The notes below the pieces were generated by a model that did not search any database, had not been told where the DNA came from, and saw only the letters and a program-made list of their open reading frames with translations. DNA of 64,000 nt from Puccinia triticina (taxonomy: Eukaryota): NCBI GenBank assembly GCA_026914245.1, contig CP110439.1, positions 5,952,001-6,016,000 of the forward strand. The letters are read 5' to 3'. Below are positions 26,069-38,119 of this stretch, piece after piece. The translations under genes and the position numbers were made by a program. How positions within the stretch are numbered: position 1 is the first letter of the stretch; each line of letters begins with the position of its first letter.

Positions 26069-29000
26069 ATGGTCGAGCCGAGGAGGCGCCTACCGCCTGA
26101 CGATTTGGCATTGCTAGAATTCCAACCGTATAACAAAATAAACAAGAGACCTGATCTGATTAGATTCATTCGCACCTTGGACCCTCATGTCAAGCTTGCC
26201 TCCAAGCTCAAGGTTGACGAGCTCCGCGACATTGCCCAAGAGTTCCTATCCGATCTTAGTAAGCATCACAGTCTCACGACCGTAGTGTAATTTTCGAACT
26301 AACCCTGTAATTTTTGAACTCACCCTTCTCCCTCTGTCCTGACCACAGATGCTCGTCAAGCGCAATCAAATTCCCCTGGCTTATCCTCCTCGTCTCTCTC
26401 CAACGTTCCCGACCAACCTTGCAAATCCGCAAGAGTGATCAAGTCCCACACAATCCCTGATACGCCTTCTCCACCACCCGCCCAAGCTGCTCGATCTCCG
26501 GCCAGAAACACTCAATCACCAGCCAGATCCCCGGCCAGAAGGACTGCTCGATTGCCGTCGAGATATGCTGCTCCAAAAACACCCACAAGAAGTTCCAAGC
26601 GCGCCGCCCGCCGGGACCTGTCTCAATCACCGGCGAGATCTCCATCCCCGGCCAGAAGGACTGCTCGATCACCAGCAAAAGATGTTGCTCCCAGAACACC
26701 AACAAGAAGTTCTAAGCGCGCTGCCCCCCGTGACGTATCTCAGTCACCGGCAAAGTGTGCTTCTCATCGATCACCGGCTAGAAAGTCAAGACGTACCAAG
26801 GAGCCAGTAGTCGCATACTCCAAAACCTCAACTCGTGCTTGATCCCCGGCAAGAAATTCCAAGGTATTGGCATCCTCCAAAACCTCAACTCGTGCTTGAT
26901 CCCCGGCAAGAAGTTCCAAGCGCACAGTGTCGAGGCCTTCCATCTCGCCGTCTCCAAGAGCTCCTCCGCGTGGAAGATCTCCAGCCAGATCATCCACCCC
27001 GTCTATATCCCCATCCCCAAGAGTCCGATCCAGAAAAGCGGACACCCCCTCTTGAAAGCGATCAAAAAGATCACCAGTTCGATCGCCGATCAGCCCCCAG
27101 CAAGTGAGCTTTCCAAAAGCCTTCCCTACAAGACACAAAAAAAAAAGGGACTTTGATCACGATTCTCAACACGATTCTGAAAGTCAACACGATTCTGAAA
27201 GCGCAGTCAGTGAAGATAGTGGAGAAGAAACTTTGTCCGAAGATCTCTCTGAAAAGAACTCGACAGACTCTGCCTCTTCCATCAGCGACCGCGAATCTGA
27301 GTCGGATGATGCAGCCCCCGCAAGAGGTGCCAAAGGCAAAATGAAGGCCCCAACCACACCTAGGAAAAAAAAGAACGTTTGTAACCGGCCCAGGCACAGA
27401 TCAGCACGGCCGTTAAAGTCTGCCCTTGCCGTGAAAAAAGTAAGTGATGTTTCAGTTTTGGGGTGTAACTTTAACATTCAGAGATGCTTACAAATATTTC
27501 CTTTCCAAGGGCAAGAAGAAGATGTCCAAGAAGGAACGCGCTCTTGAGATTATATCTAAGGTCGAAGAGCGCTACAGCGATGGACATCGTTATCACACCC
27601 GCTCGGGACGAGTACCGCCATCAGCCTTGTTCGATTACTCCCCTCCAAATCATCATTGTCAACCCCCGGATCAGATCTATTATGCTGAAGAAGGACGCTA
27701 TGCTGAAGAGGGAGGCAAGGCGCTCTATGCTGAAGAGGGACGTCCGCACCCCAACTCTTATATTCGCCCAAAGATTTCACCGTTCTTGCAGCTGCCCCCG
27801 GAGCACAATCGATCGGAGCAAGATGTCCCACCAACGCAAGCTTACAACCAATCCAATCCATGCCCTAAACAGAGGCAATATGTTCAACTTCAAATGGGAA
27901 GGGAAACTTTTGCCGCCCCGCAGCCTGATCAGCATCGGCACAATGCAAATTCTTCTGAATGGCGTTTCACTCCGGCCCCGGTTCCCTTCTGTTCAAATCC
28001 TACAGAAACCCAGTCGTATTCTTCTCACTCAGCGCTGACCTACAACCATCAACCTTGCCAGCCTGGTCCAGCTCATGTAGCCCCGTCTTACGGATATGAG
28101 CCGCCGCCTTTTGCGAGTACCTCCCAGTCCAAATTTCCACATCAGTCATTGTCCACACACTTTGATTATTTGCCGCAGGCATTTAACCATGTGAGTGAAA
28201 TAACTTAAATCAAGCTTTTGTTCAGATCATCGATACCCATACTATCCAATCTTTACCCTCATCAGGCGCCACAGGCTACAAGCAATCCCAAGACGCGGGC
28301 CCCAAGTGGCCCAAAGCCGTTTGATTATTCACAGTACTGGAATCCTAGTGCCCAATCTTACCAGTTCCTGTGACAAGGTAAAACAAACGCTCAGCTAAAC
28401 ACCCAGTCGACCCAGTCATTCCACTTCTCCTGCCCCTCCAGCACGCAGGGAAAATCCCAGCCCCCCACCCAGTCAGCGCAACCTCCGACCAGTCAATTTG
28501 GCCAAGGCCCTCCGCCTTCAACGTCAGCGCAACCTCCGACCAGTCAATTCGGCCAAGGCCCTCCGCCTTCAACGTCAGCGCAACCTCCGACCAGTCATTT
28601 CGGCCAAGGCCCTCCGCCTGCAACTAATTCACATAGTCTTTTTCACCAGCCGGCGCCGCCTCCTACAACTGGTCAATTCGGCCAAGGGCCTCTGTCGACT
28701 AATAGTTTATTTGGCCAGTCAGCGCGGCCGCCGCCGCCCAGCCAGTTCAGCCAATCAGCGCTGCCACCTTCAACATCAGCGCTGCCACTGCCGACTAGCC
28801 AGTTCAGCCAATCCGCACCGCCGCCTCCGCCGCCAGCTAGATGTGGAGCCCAGGCAGCACCGCCTTCCAACCAATCCGCTCCGCCGCCTCCGCCGCCTAG
28901 TTGCTTTGGAGGCCAGGCAGCACCGCCTCCCAAGCAACATTCTGCTAGTCTGTTTAGCCAGCCATCATTGACTAGTCTGTTTGGTCAGCAATCTTTGACT

Positions 29001-30146
29001 CTGTTTGGCCAGACATCTTCGACTGGCATGCTTGGCCAGTTGGCCCCACCATTTGGCCAGACATCTTCGACTAGCATGTTTGGCCAGTTGGCCCCACCAC
29101 AGTCAAATGGTCTGTTTGGCTCGTCGGCCCCACCACCGCCCCCACCCAGCCGATTCGGCCACTCAGCCACAACAATAGGCCAGTCCAACGCTGAACCTAC
29201 GACGAACAACCCGTTCATGCCATTGAATAATCACATTTTAAAGTCAGCCCTCAAATCAAATCCGCCTCAACACACTGATATACGATCGCAAAGTAAGTTT
29301 GCTCAACGAGCGCAACTGAAAGCTTATCATTTCAATGTTCCTTCTCCCCCTACTTCACCTACGTTGGTTGCTCCACAAGATCCCAAAGTCGATGAACTAT
29401 GCAGCGGTATTTCCTGGCTTGACATCTGGTGTCCAGTTGTTCCCATTCCTCGAAAACGTGTCCACTTCACTGACGCCGAATCTTGCTTGAATGCCGCGCC
29501 TCAAATATTGGCTGATTTCCTAGGCAATCATAATCGTGTTGACCAAAGCTTCCAGCCATTGCCCGCTGAGACAAGGACAATAGTTACATCTGCTCCACAC
29601 CCTGCCATCGGGCTCCCACCCCTGCGATCAAGTCCTCCAACCACACACAGCCTTGCCGCCACAAACGACTTTCCGCCGGCACAGACAGCCATCAAGCCCC
29701 CGCCCCTGCAATCTTCTACCCTGCCTGCCACATCGAAGCCACTGGCATCTTGCATAGATCCCGCCCCTCTCACACACACCCGTCAAAACTTTCCGCCTGC
29801 ACAAAACCCTCCACCTGCACACCATTGTCAACCCGCAGAAAACCATCCACCCGCACACCATCCTCCAACCGCACAACCACCGCCACCCTCACACAACTAT
29901 CCACCTGCCCAAAACTATCCACCCGCCCAAAACACTCCACCCACGCAAAACCCTCCGCCTACGCAAAACCCTCTACCCGCGCAAAGCCCTCCACCCACGC
30001 AAAACCCTCCACCGCCACAAAACCCTCCACCCGCATCTGCATCTGAGCCAAGAACACTTGCTCAAAGCCAACACGCACCCAAACCCAACCAGCCCACTAT
30101 AGCCCAACATGAGGCCAAGACTCCTCCATCCACAGAAGAGGTATAA
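26069..30146 (+). pseudogene. Four-exon cargo gene of element C (helical N-terminus, RSPAR repeats, acidic tract, FG repeats, QNPP repeats) with four premature TGA codons
   Basis: Phase-compatible introns 26259-26348, 27440-27509 and 28191-28265. In-frame TGA near 26840, 26897, 27053 and 28371. Confidence 0.75.
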
Positions 30147-30766
30147 TTTTTTCTTTTAATTTTTCTTTTATTGTAAATACTTGTAAGTATAATTTGTAGA
30201 TACTTGTAAATATATGTAAATTGTAGATACCTGTAAATATATGTAAATACTTAAAAAAAAAACTAAAACTAAAAAAAGTGAATTAAGAAAAGGATTGATT
30301 TGTGATTTGTAAGCTTGCTGAATTTACTATGAACTACAGAAAGAGTTTACCAAAAAGAAGAAATAAGTACAAATAATTAGTACCAAAAATAAATCAGCCT
30401 GCTGAGTAAAAGCTGAGCACTGACCCCAAGGTGTGAAAGACCCCCTGCCCCCAAAAAAAAGAGAGAAAAAAAAACCCCCCCAAGTTCTCCCCGGGGGGAA
30501 GTGGGTCTGTGCTTAATTGAGTTACAGATCATCCCGCAACCACTTCACCTACAGTTACACATCTGTTGGGAAGAAAATTGAACAAAGAGTTGCGACTCAC
30601 ATCTAACTCACATCAGACCATTTGACTGACAGAATTACGTCCTGGCACTCACCAGAGAGTGCCACACTTTCCCCCCTGGTGAGAGTCATGCTGAAATTGC
30701 GGCAGAGTCTCAGCCTGTGTTCCTTCATGTCACCTGCCCCCAGTTGACATGAATTTTTTCCTGGTG

Positions 30767-31550
30767 GAAGCTTATTTCTTGTTCTTCTTGTTCCTCCAAA
30801 TTCTCTATAACTTCAACAAATGAAACACTAATCGCATTGCTCTCACTTATATTTGCTCTAGCTGGAGCGTACTTGTAGTTGGTCCAGGGTTTTTGGCATT
30901 CTTTGGCTGAGTGACCAGCAATGTTGCAATTGTAACACTTGCCGGTTAGTTTTGGCGCTTGTTGCTGACCAACCATTGCTACTTTGTTGGCTTTCTGCAA
31001 TTTAAATTGTAGGTAATGTTGCTTGATCATGTGAATAACATCCTTGGTCTTTAAGCTCTCCTTATCTTGTATGATGATTCTGACCAAGGATTCAAATTCA
31101 TTGGGTAATTTTTTGAGGATTGATAAAGCAATGACTTGTTCTTTGATATTAAGCCCCAATGTTACTAATGCCACTTTGAATTTCCTTGACAAAGTCTTTA
31201 GTTTCTTTGAACTTGAGATCAATGAACTCGCCCAAAGCTCTCATTTGGTGGTGAGCCTCATTGCTGGCGTATTTATTCTTGAAGAGTTCCCATAATTCTA
31301 GTCCTTCTCCTTCTTTGTCCGAGCCAAATTTGCTGTTGACAATTGCGATATGTTCCTCATCCAGGTGCTTCATGGTGAGAACGTAGAGCTTTATGTTCTC
31401 CTCTGCGAGGTTGGTGACTACTTCTTTCTTGACTAGAGCTAGACATCCAATGCTATACATCTCTGCCTGCATCATTGTGGACCGGGTAGCGTAGTTTTTT
31501 CCATTTAAGCGGTAACGCTTGGAGTTGGAGGCTGTAGTGGTGGATTCCAT
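30767..31550 (-). mobile_element. Ty1/copia gag (5' part of the element whose pol is at 6296-9332)
   Basis: LNGKNYAT N-terminus, ILKKLPNEFESLV, zinc knuckle CYNCNIAGHSAKEC. Joins pol in frame across the GAA TSD. Confidence 0.9.
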
Positions 31551-32855
31551 TTTGCTGTATCTAACTGTGTTGTTTGGTGTACTGCTTTACTGATTTGTGA
31601 TGGTCAATGTTTGTAAGTCAACCGTACTGATAATGTGTTAAGTTTATGCAATAAATATATCTAATTATGATTGCTTTAGTCTGTTGAGCTGAGGCTATCA
31701 GACTATGAGTTTGATTGTATATAAAATAATGTGATGATGATGATAAGATGTGATAGTGAGATGCAAAGAAAGAAATTAAAACTGGGCCAATGGCCCTGGT
31801 CTATTTATAATAATGCCCGCCAAATATGTGTGTGTACTTTTCCTCTTGGACCCCCACGTCTGTCAAAGCACCAGAGAAAGCTTGCTTTCTCTGTGCGCTG
31901 GACCTTTTTTACTTTGTACTTTCCAAGAGTGACTTTCCTCCTTTTTCTCCCAGTTGGCTCCGCAATACGCGCTTTTCTTTTGGGCGCATTTAATATACCA
32001 ATAACTTTGACTTTCTCCATCAAATTTAGTGCATTCTGATTGATTAGTCTAGCTCTCTCCTCACTGGAAGTGAGCTCTTGTTTAGCTAATGCCTTCTTAG
32101 CTTTTTGCTTCCCTCTTTGGCCAAGCGCTATTTGTGCATGCTCAGCATGCTCCTTAGCTTGCTGTTTGGGGAATCAGGGATCATCAATGTCAATCTCAGG
32201 AGCCCTGATGGCCTCAGGCTTCTGCGAAATCTCTGAAGTGACATCCTGAGGTGATTGAGTCAAGAGTATGCATAGGCTTGCAGATGTCATCTGCTTAACA
32301 TATCATTCTTGGTCTGCCGGTAGGTTTGTAAATATGTGTGTCCTTCCCTGATCAACCTGCTTGTTCATGTAGAGCTGAGCCATGCCTGTGCGGTTGTCTT
32401 GTGACCAAGGGGCGATAAAACTGACTGGATGAGTGCAGAATCCGTGGACGGCTTCAACCAAGGCCACACAAGGTGCCAACAAGATCCAAGTACCAAGGAT
32501 TTGGTAATCTATCTTTTTCTTCACACACAGTATTGAGTCTCCTTGCCCACAGATTATATTGTTGACAGATTGATATTACATGCGATTTAGGAGGTCAATT
32601 GGTTTTTTGTTTTCACAATATTATGTCAAACGGAAGATGATTGGTCTGCAAAAATTATTGAGTGGTGACAGAGGAAGGCGGGTTTGATTTGGAACTGTTG
32701 GATGAAGGAGAAGAGAGAATGAGATGAGCAACAAGAAAGAAAATGGTTGTTTGAGGAGCACGAGTACCACTTCAAGGATAATTAAATTTCCCAAAAAAAA
32801 AAATACTCAAAGTTTGAGGTTGGGAAAATCATTGAAAAAAAGTCACTCTGTACTG

Positions 32856-33901
32856 AAAAAAAATGCAAACTGAGCGTGCTCAGCCAGAAAAATAAAAATG
32901 TGTCAGACTGAGTAAAAAATAATGGGGCAAATTTTTAGGGTGATTTGTTTGAAGGGCCTGCACAAGGCCCGCATGGGCCCCTAACAGGCCCGTTGGGCCC
33001 ATTGAAAAAGTAGTATTTGTTTGGAATTCCCATGCTCTGCTAAAATGTGAAATGGGTCAAACTGAATAAAAAACATGGGGGTACATTTTTGGGGAGATTT
33101 TTTGGACGGACCTGAATGAGACATGGGCCCCGGAAAGCCCACTGGGCCCATTGAAAGAGTAGCCTTGGTTAAGAAAGCATATGCTCAGCTAAAAAATAAA
33201 AATGTGTCAGACTGAGTAAGAACCCTAGGGGCACATTGTTGGGGAGGCTTTTTGGACGGGCCTGCATCAGGCCCGTACGGGCCAACAGGTTTCCAAGGGA
33301 AAGGAAAGGGTCTGGCCATACATTCTGTGAGTGCAAAAATGTCATACAGATGTCAAAATCCCTTCAATATCTTCTGTTGATTAGTGGTCAATTGGTGCTT
33401 TTCTCAAACAGCATATATGGGCATTCTTAAGCAAGACTACTTCTGGGTTGGCCAAACCAGCTTTGGGTGGGCCCTGACAGGCCTGATGCAGGTCTGTCAA
33501 TAAGCCCTCCCCAAAAGTGTGGCCCCATTTTTTTTACTCAGGTTGACACATTTTTGTTTCTTAGCTGAGCATAGGCATTCTTGAACAAGGCTACTCTTTC
33601 AATGGACCCAGTGGGCTTTGTGGGGGCCATGTGGGCTTCATTCAGGCCTGTCCAAAACATCTCCCCAAAAATTTACCCCCTCATTTTTCATTCATTTCAA
33701 CCCATTTCACATTTTAGCAGAGCATGGGAATTCCAAACAAATACTACTTTTTCAATGGGCCCAACGGGCCTGTTAGGGGCCCATGCAGGCCTTTTGCAGG
33801 CCTGTCCAACAAATCAACCCAAAAATGTGCCCCATTGTTTTTTACTCAGTCTGACACATTTTTATTTTTTTGGCTGAGCACGCTCAGTTTACATTTTTTT
33901 T
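32856..33901. mobile_element. ~1.05-kb foldback/MITE with ~420-bp inverted arms, inserted in the left TIR of the previous element
   Basis: 32861-33280 is the reverse complement of about 33480-33900 (for example GGGCCCCTAACAGGCCCGTTGGGCCCATTGAAAAAGTAGTATTTG). Confidence 0.85.
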
Positions 33902-34199
33902 GGGTCAGCCTAAATGCACTCCATAAATTTACTTCATGCACTCCAAAAGTGAGTTCATGGAGCATGCACTCCAAGAAAGTTGGAGTGTGGGCCCCAGCAA
34001 GCCAAAGAAATTGGAGTAAGCCACCATGCACTCCATTTGCCACCAAATTTAATGAGTGGCCCAATAGTTCACTCCATACAATTGGAGTGCATGGACCCAG
34101 CACTCCCTTTCTGATGTTTTACTCCCTGAAAAAGGAGTGCCCCCTGCACACTCCAGCATCCAGTGGAGTACACTAGATGCCAGCCATCAAGTGTGTAGG

Positions 34200-35400
34200 T
34201 ACACACCCTAATCAATGACCAACCATCTATTGGAGCACACCCCTCCGCTTGACCAGTCATCTCATCATGTGAGGTACACACCCCACTCTATGGTTAGTCG
34301 TGGAGTGGGATATGCACTCCTAGAGTGAGCATACTGCTCAATGGCTGGCAATCGACAGACACATTCCACTCAATGGCCGGTCATCGGGCAGAGCACACGC
34401 TTGATGACCAGTCATTGAGTGGGATGTGTACCCCAATGACCGGTCATCAAGCGGAGTACACACCTTTTTTGCTGACCGGCCATTGAGTGTGATGTTCACA
34501 CTCGATGGCCGGTCATCGAGCGAGATGTGTATTCCGCCCAATTGCCGGTCATTGAGCCGAGAACACACCTCACTCTCACCTAACCTCACTTGATGATCGC
34601 CAATCAAGTGCACATCACACTCGCCGGTCAACCAGCGGGGTGTGCTCCGCTCGATGACCGGTCAACCAGCGGGATGTGTACCCCACTCAATGGCCGGTCA
34701 TTGAGCGGAGCACACACCCCGCTGGTTGACCGGTCATCGACTGGGATGGTTTGACCGGTCATTGAGTGGGATGTGCACTCGATGGCCAGCCATCGAGAGG
34801 AGTACACGCCTCGCTCAATGACCGGCCATCGAGTGGGGTACACATCCCGCTGGTTGACCGGTCATCGGATTCGAGTGGGATGTGCACTCAATGGCCGGTC
34901 ATCAAGCAAGGCGTGCACTCCGCTTGATGGCCGGTCATCAAGTGGGTTAAACATCCCGCTGGTTGACCGTTCATCGAGTGGGGTGTGCACTTGATGGCCG
35001 GTCATCAAGCAAGGCGTGCACTCCGCTCGATGGCCGGTCATCAAGTGGGTTAAACATCCCGCTGGTTGACCGTTCATCGAGTGGGATGTGCACTCAATGG
35101 CCGGTCATCAAGCGAGGCGTGCACTCCGCTTGATGGCCGGTCATCGAGTGGTTAAACATCCCGCTGGTTGACCGTTCATCGAGTGGGATGTGCACTCGAT
35201 GGCCGGTCATCAAGCGGAGCACACACCCCACTGGTTGACCGGTCATCAAGTGGGATGTGCACTTGATGGCCGGTCATCAAGGGATGTGTACCCCACCCGA
35301 TGACCGGTCAACCAGCAGGATGTGTCCTCCGCTTGCTGACCTTTCATCTTGATAACTGGTCATCAAGTGGGGTCTGTACTCCTCTTGATGGCCGGTCTGG
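34200..35400. repeat. Internal palindromic tandem repeats (GATGGCCGGTCATC family)
   Basis: Many TGATGGCCGGTCATC(A/G)AG and GGTTGACCG(G/T)TCATC units. Confidence 0.85.
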
Positions 35401-36559
35401 GGCCGGGTGGGCACTCCACAAAAGAGTGGAATGGAGTGTACTCCAATGCACTCCAGTTGAAATTGTGCCGACTGGAGTGCATAGCCAAAACCTTTCGCTC
35501 AAAAAGTGAGTGCTTGGGTGTATACTCCATTTTTTTTGGAGTGTATCTAGCTGCACTCCCTTATTTTGGTAAGTTTTGGCTTACCCTGGCCTGTATTCCA
35601 ACATAAATGGAGTGCCCATATGGAGACTCCATGAATTTGGAGTGCAAAATCACAGCACTCCAATATTTTTGGAGTACCCATTTCCCAAAGCCAAAAATGT
35701 GGAGTGCATGAAGTAAATTTTTGGAGTGCATTTAGGCTGACCCTTTTTTTTCAGTACGGAGTGATTTTTTTTCAATGATTTTCCCAACCTCAAGCTTTGA
35801 GTATTTTTTTATGGGAAATTTAATTATCCTTGAAGTGCTAGTGAAGCGGGACTGACCAACCAAGAAGGTCTTGAGGCTTTCCTTATGGTTGGCCAATGTA
35901 TTCTTCACACTTGCCACATTTCCACAACAATAACAGTGATTGGGAGCCGCCCAGACGGTGAAAAGATTGTTCTTGGGGGGGAAAATGTACTTTTATCCTT
36001 CCTGGGGCAAGCTCAGTGAGTTAATATAGTGAAACTGGGATCTAAATAAAGATGCAATCAGCTCAGGGTAGGTAGAATATTTTTTTCCGCTTTCTTCAGA
36101 AGGGTGTATCTATGTACTTGCCTTGCCTGCAAAGCAGATTACAGGCAAGGATTAAACTTGTGATCGGCCCTCATCAAGGGTAGGCTTGTGCCACCAGTCT
36201 GGATATGGTCAGCCACCTTGTCCACCCAGAGTTGTTTGGACTGAACTTGCAGGCTGGGTATGACTCTTCCAAAGCTTTTGGTATGGTCAAGAATTTGGTG
36301 TGTATCATACGACGCAAGAAGGAGTGAATGTCCAGAGAGCAAGAATTTTATAGTTGTCACTTCATCAGGATCAGCGCAACGAGCGTTGCTAAAAGGTGGA
36401 AGCATTTTGGAGCAGGCTGGGCCATAGCAAGCAAAACTAGACTTCACACTCAGCAAAACAAATTGGTAGGTCTTGAAGTTACGAGCCAATCTCAATGTCC
36501 ACAGAGACATGATTGGAGGCCCCGTAAAATTCATGGAAAATTCAGCATGCTTTTACCTT

Positions 36560-38046
36560 CTCAAAGACTTGTTTAGATACCTAGCGGGCAGAGTTATCAG
36601 ATAGGGTGCTTTTCCTAGACAGTGGAGAACTAACAATGAACAAATCTCCTTGCCAGCCAATCCCTTTTTCTCAACATCCAAACCGATAACTAAGCGTAGA
36701 ATTGTCAGATTTTGTGAGGCTGGTGAGCTACCTAAAGTAACTGATAAAGAGCAGCGTATTCAGTCTTAGTAAATTGAAACAAGGAAAAAAACCAACAGAC
36801 GTATAGTGTCCCTCCAGGTCTGGATTAAGTTTTGCCAAGCGTCTACCAGCTTTTTGTGCCCACTCCCTTTGGGTGGGCTGAGCTGACTCTTCAAACCATT
36901 GCACTCTGCTTGTGTATAACCTGCGCTTTTATTCCAATTGCTCGCTGCATTTTGGATATCTATTCCAATTTCATTCAACAATGTCTCCTTTCTCCTTGAG
37001 ATGTGAATTGAGACGTACCTTCTTTGGATAAAACACAGTGAAAATCACCTGTTGTTTAGCACAAAAAAAATGTTGAGTGTCTGGTTTCAATTTTTCCCAA
37101 GGAGCATGAGGGAAATTTACCTCCCCAGACAACAGGTTTTTTGGTGTCCCGCAGGTACCTCTCAAATGCAGTGTTCCATTCTGTCTTGTGATCAATGAAC
37201 CGTTTTCAAACAAGCCAATGCTTGTCAGAGTTTTCAAGGGCCATTTTTGGACTTGCAAAAAAAAAAAGAAAAACTTAAGGTTGTTGCCAACGTTGGGCGT
37301 AAAAGTGCCAATTAAGAAGAATGTGGAGAATTCCAAGGTGATCATATCTGGCAAAAAAAAAATCAATCAATTGTAAAACATCTTGCTGATGAGTAAAATT
37401 AAGCTTAGGCCTGTTGGTTGAAGCTTGATCTTTGACGGTTGGTAAACCGTAAATCACCTCAAGTGGTTTGTGCTTGGACAGGATGGCCACTCCAGCTGGT
37501 TTCACAATTTCAAGTGGTATCAGACGCAGCCATTCTAAAGCTTTTGGGGATTAGCACAAACCATAAACCTTTCTGTTATCTCCACCCCAGTATTGATACT
37601 GCAAAAGAGTTTCAGTAAACGGAGAAAGAGAAAATGGAAAAGATTTATTTACTTGGAACTGATGCTTGATGTGCCCAATCTCCGGCTTGGCTTGCATCTT
37701 AGTCTCGCCAAGTATCATGATATCTGGGTCCTCAGCAATGAGATAACATTTTGGTCCCTTCTTTTCAAAGGCATTAATGCCACACACGTTCCTACATGCA
37801 AGGGGAGCTTTGGTTAGGTGGATTGACCAGAATCTTCTGGGAGGAGACTTACCAAGTGGAGACCCTAAGCATGCCTTCTTGCTTGTTGGGGAATTCAAGC
37901 TTGGCCCAAAATGAGCAGTTGGTTGGTAAATGCGCGTGCAACTGCGCAATACACCCTTTCACCTTTTTGCTGGGAAAAAGTTTGGAGGATGGTGATGGCT
38001 GGTTGTCACTTTTGCGCTTGGTGATCCTTTTCGCCTTCCTTGGCAT
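36560..38046 (-). pseudogene. AP endonuclease (ExoIII/APEX1 family) pseudogene
   Basis: Basic N-terminus, LRVSTW, YLIAEDPDIMILGETK, AGVAILSKHKP, ITLEFSTFFLIGTFTPNVG, SAGYT, LVDAW. Several stops and frameshifts. Confidence 0.85.
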
Positions 38047-38119
38047 GTTGAAGCGGGGTTGTGGTTTGATTTTGTCAGGCAGTTGAAGGTTTGGTTTGAA
38101 TCACAATGTGGTGAGTCTG

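Larger units (their letters stand above)
13272..30511. mobile_element. 17.2-kb CACTA (EnSpm/CMC) element C with ~250-bp imperfect TIRs, transposase and cargo genes
   Basis: Ends CACAGACCCACTTCCCCCCGGGG / CCCCGGGGGGAAGTGGGTCTGTG. Inverted similarity runs 13272-13520 versus 30251-30511. Contains a Tnp2-type transposase. Confidence 0.88.
10882..30681. mobile_element. CACTA/CMC-type TIR element B nested in A
   Basis: TIR CACCAGGGGGGAAAGTGTGGCACTC at 10882 and its reverse complement ending at 30681. 3-bp TSD AGA at 10879-10881 and 30682-30684. Confidence 0.85.
9333..30766. mobile_element. CACTA/CMC-type TIR element A (non-autonomous shell) inserted in copia
   Basis: Left end CACCAGGAAAATATCAGACCAAATGGGGGCAAGTGACGTGAAGG; right end reverse complement CACCAGGAAAAAATTCATGTCAACTGGGGGCAGGTGACATGAAGG. 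3-bp TSD GAA at 9330-9332 and 30767-30769. Confidence 0.88.
32768..35837. mobile_element. Non-autonomous TIR element with long TIRs and internal repeats
   Basis: CACTTCAAGGATAATTAAATTTCCC... matches the reverse complement at 35740-35837. The left TIR resumes at 33902 (GGGTCAGCCTAAATGCACTCC) after an insertion. Exact ends and TSD uncertain. Confidence 0.8.

Noticed and set aside
31551..31800. Copia 5' LTR and PBS
   Set aside because: No matching 3' LTR (the element is truncated in RNase H) and no convincing PBS.
36560..38046. LINE-type APE endonuclease
   Set aside because: Has introns and a host APEX-like basic N-terminus, with no linked RT.
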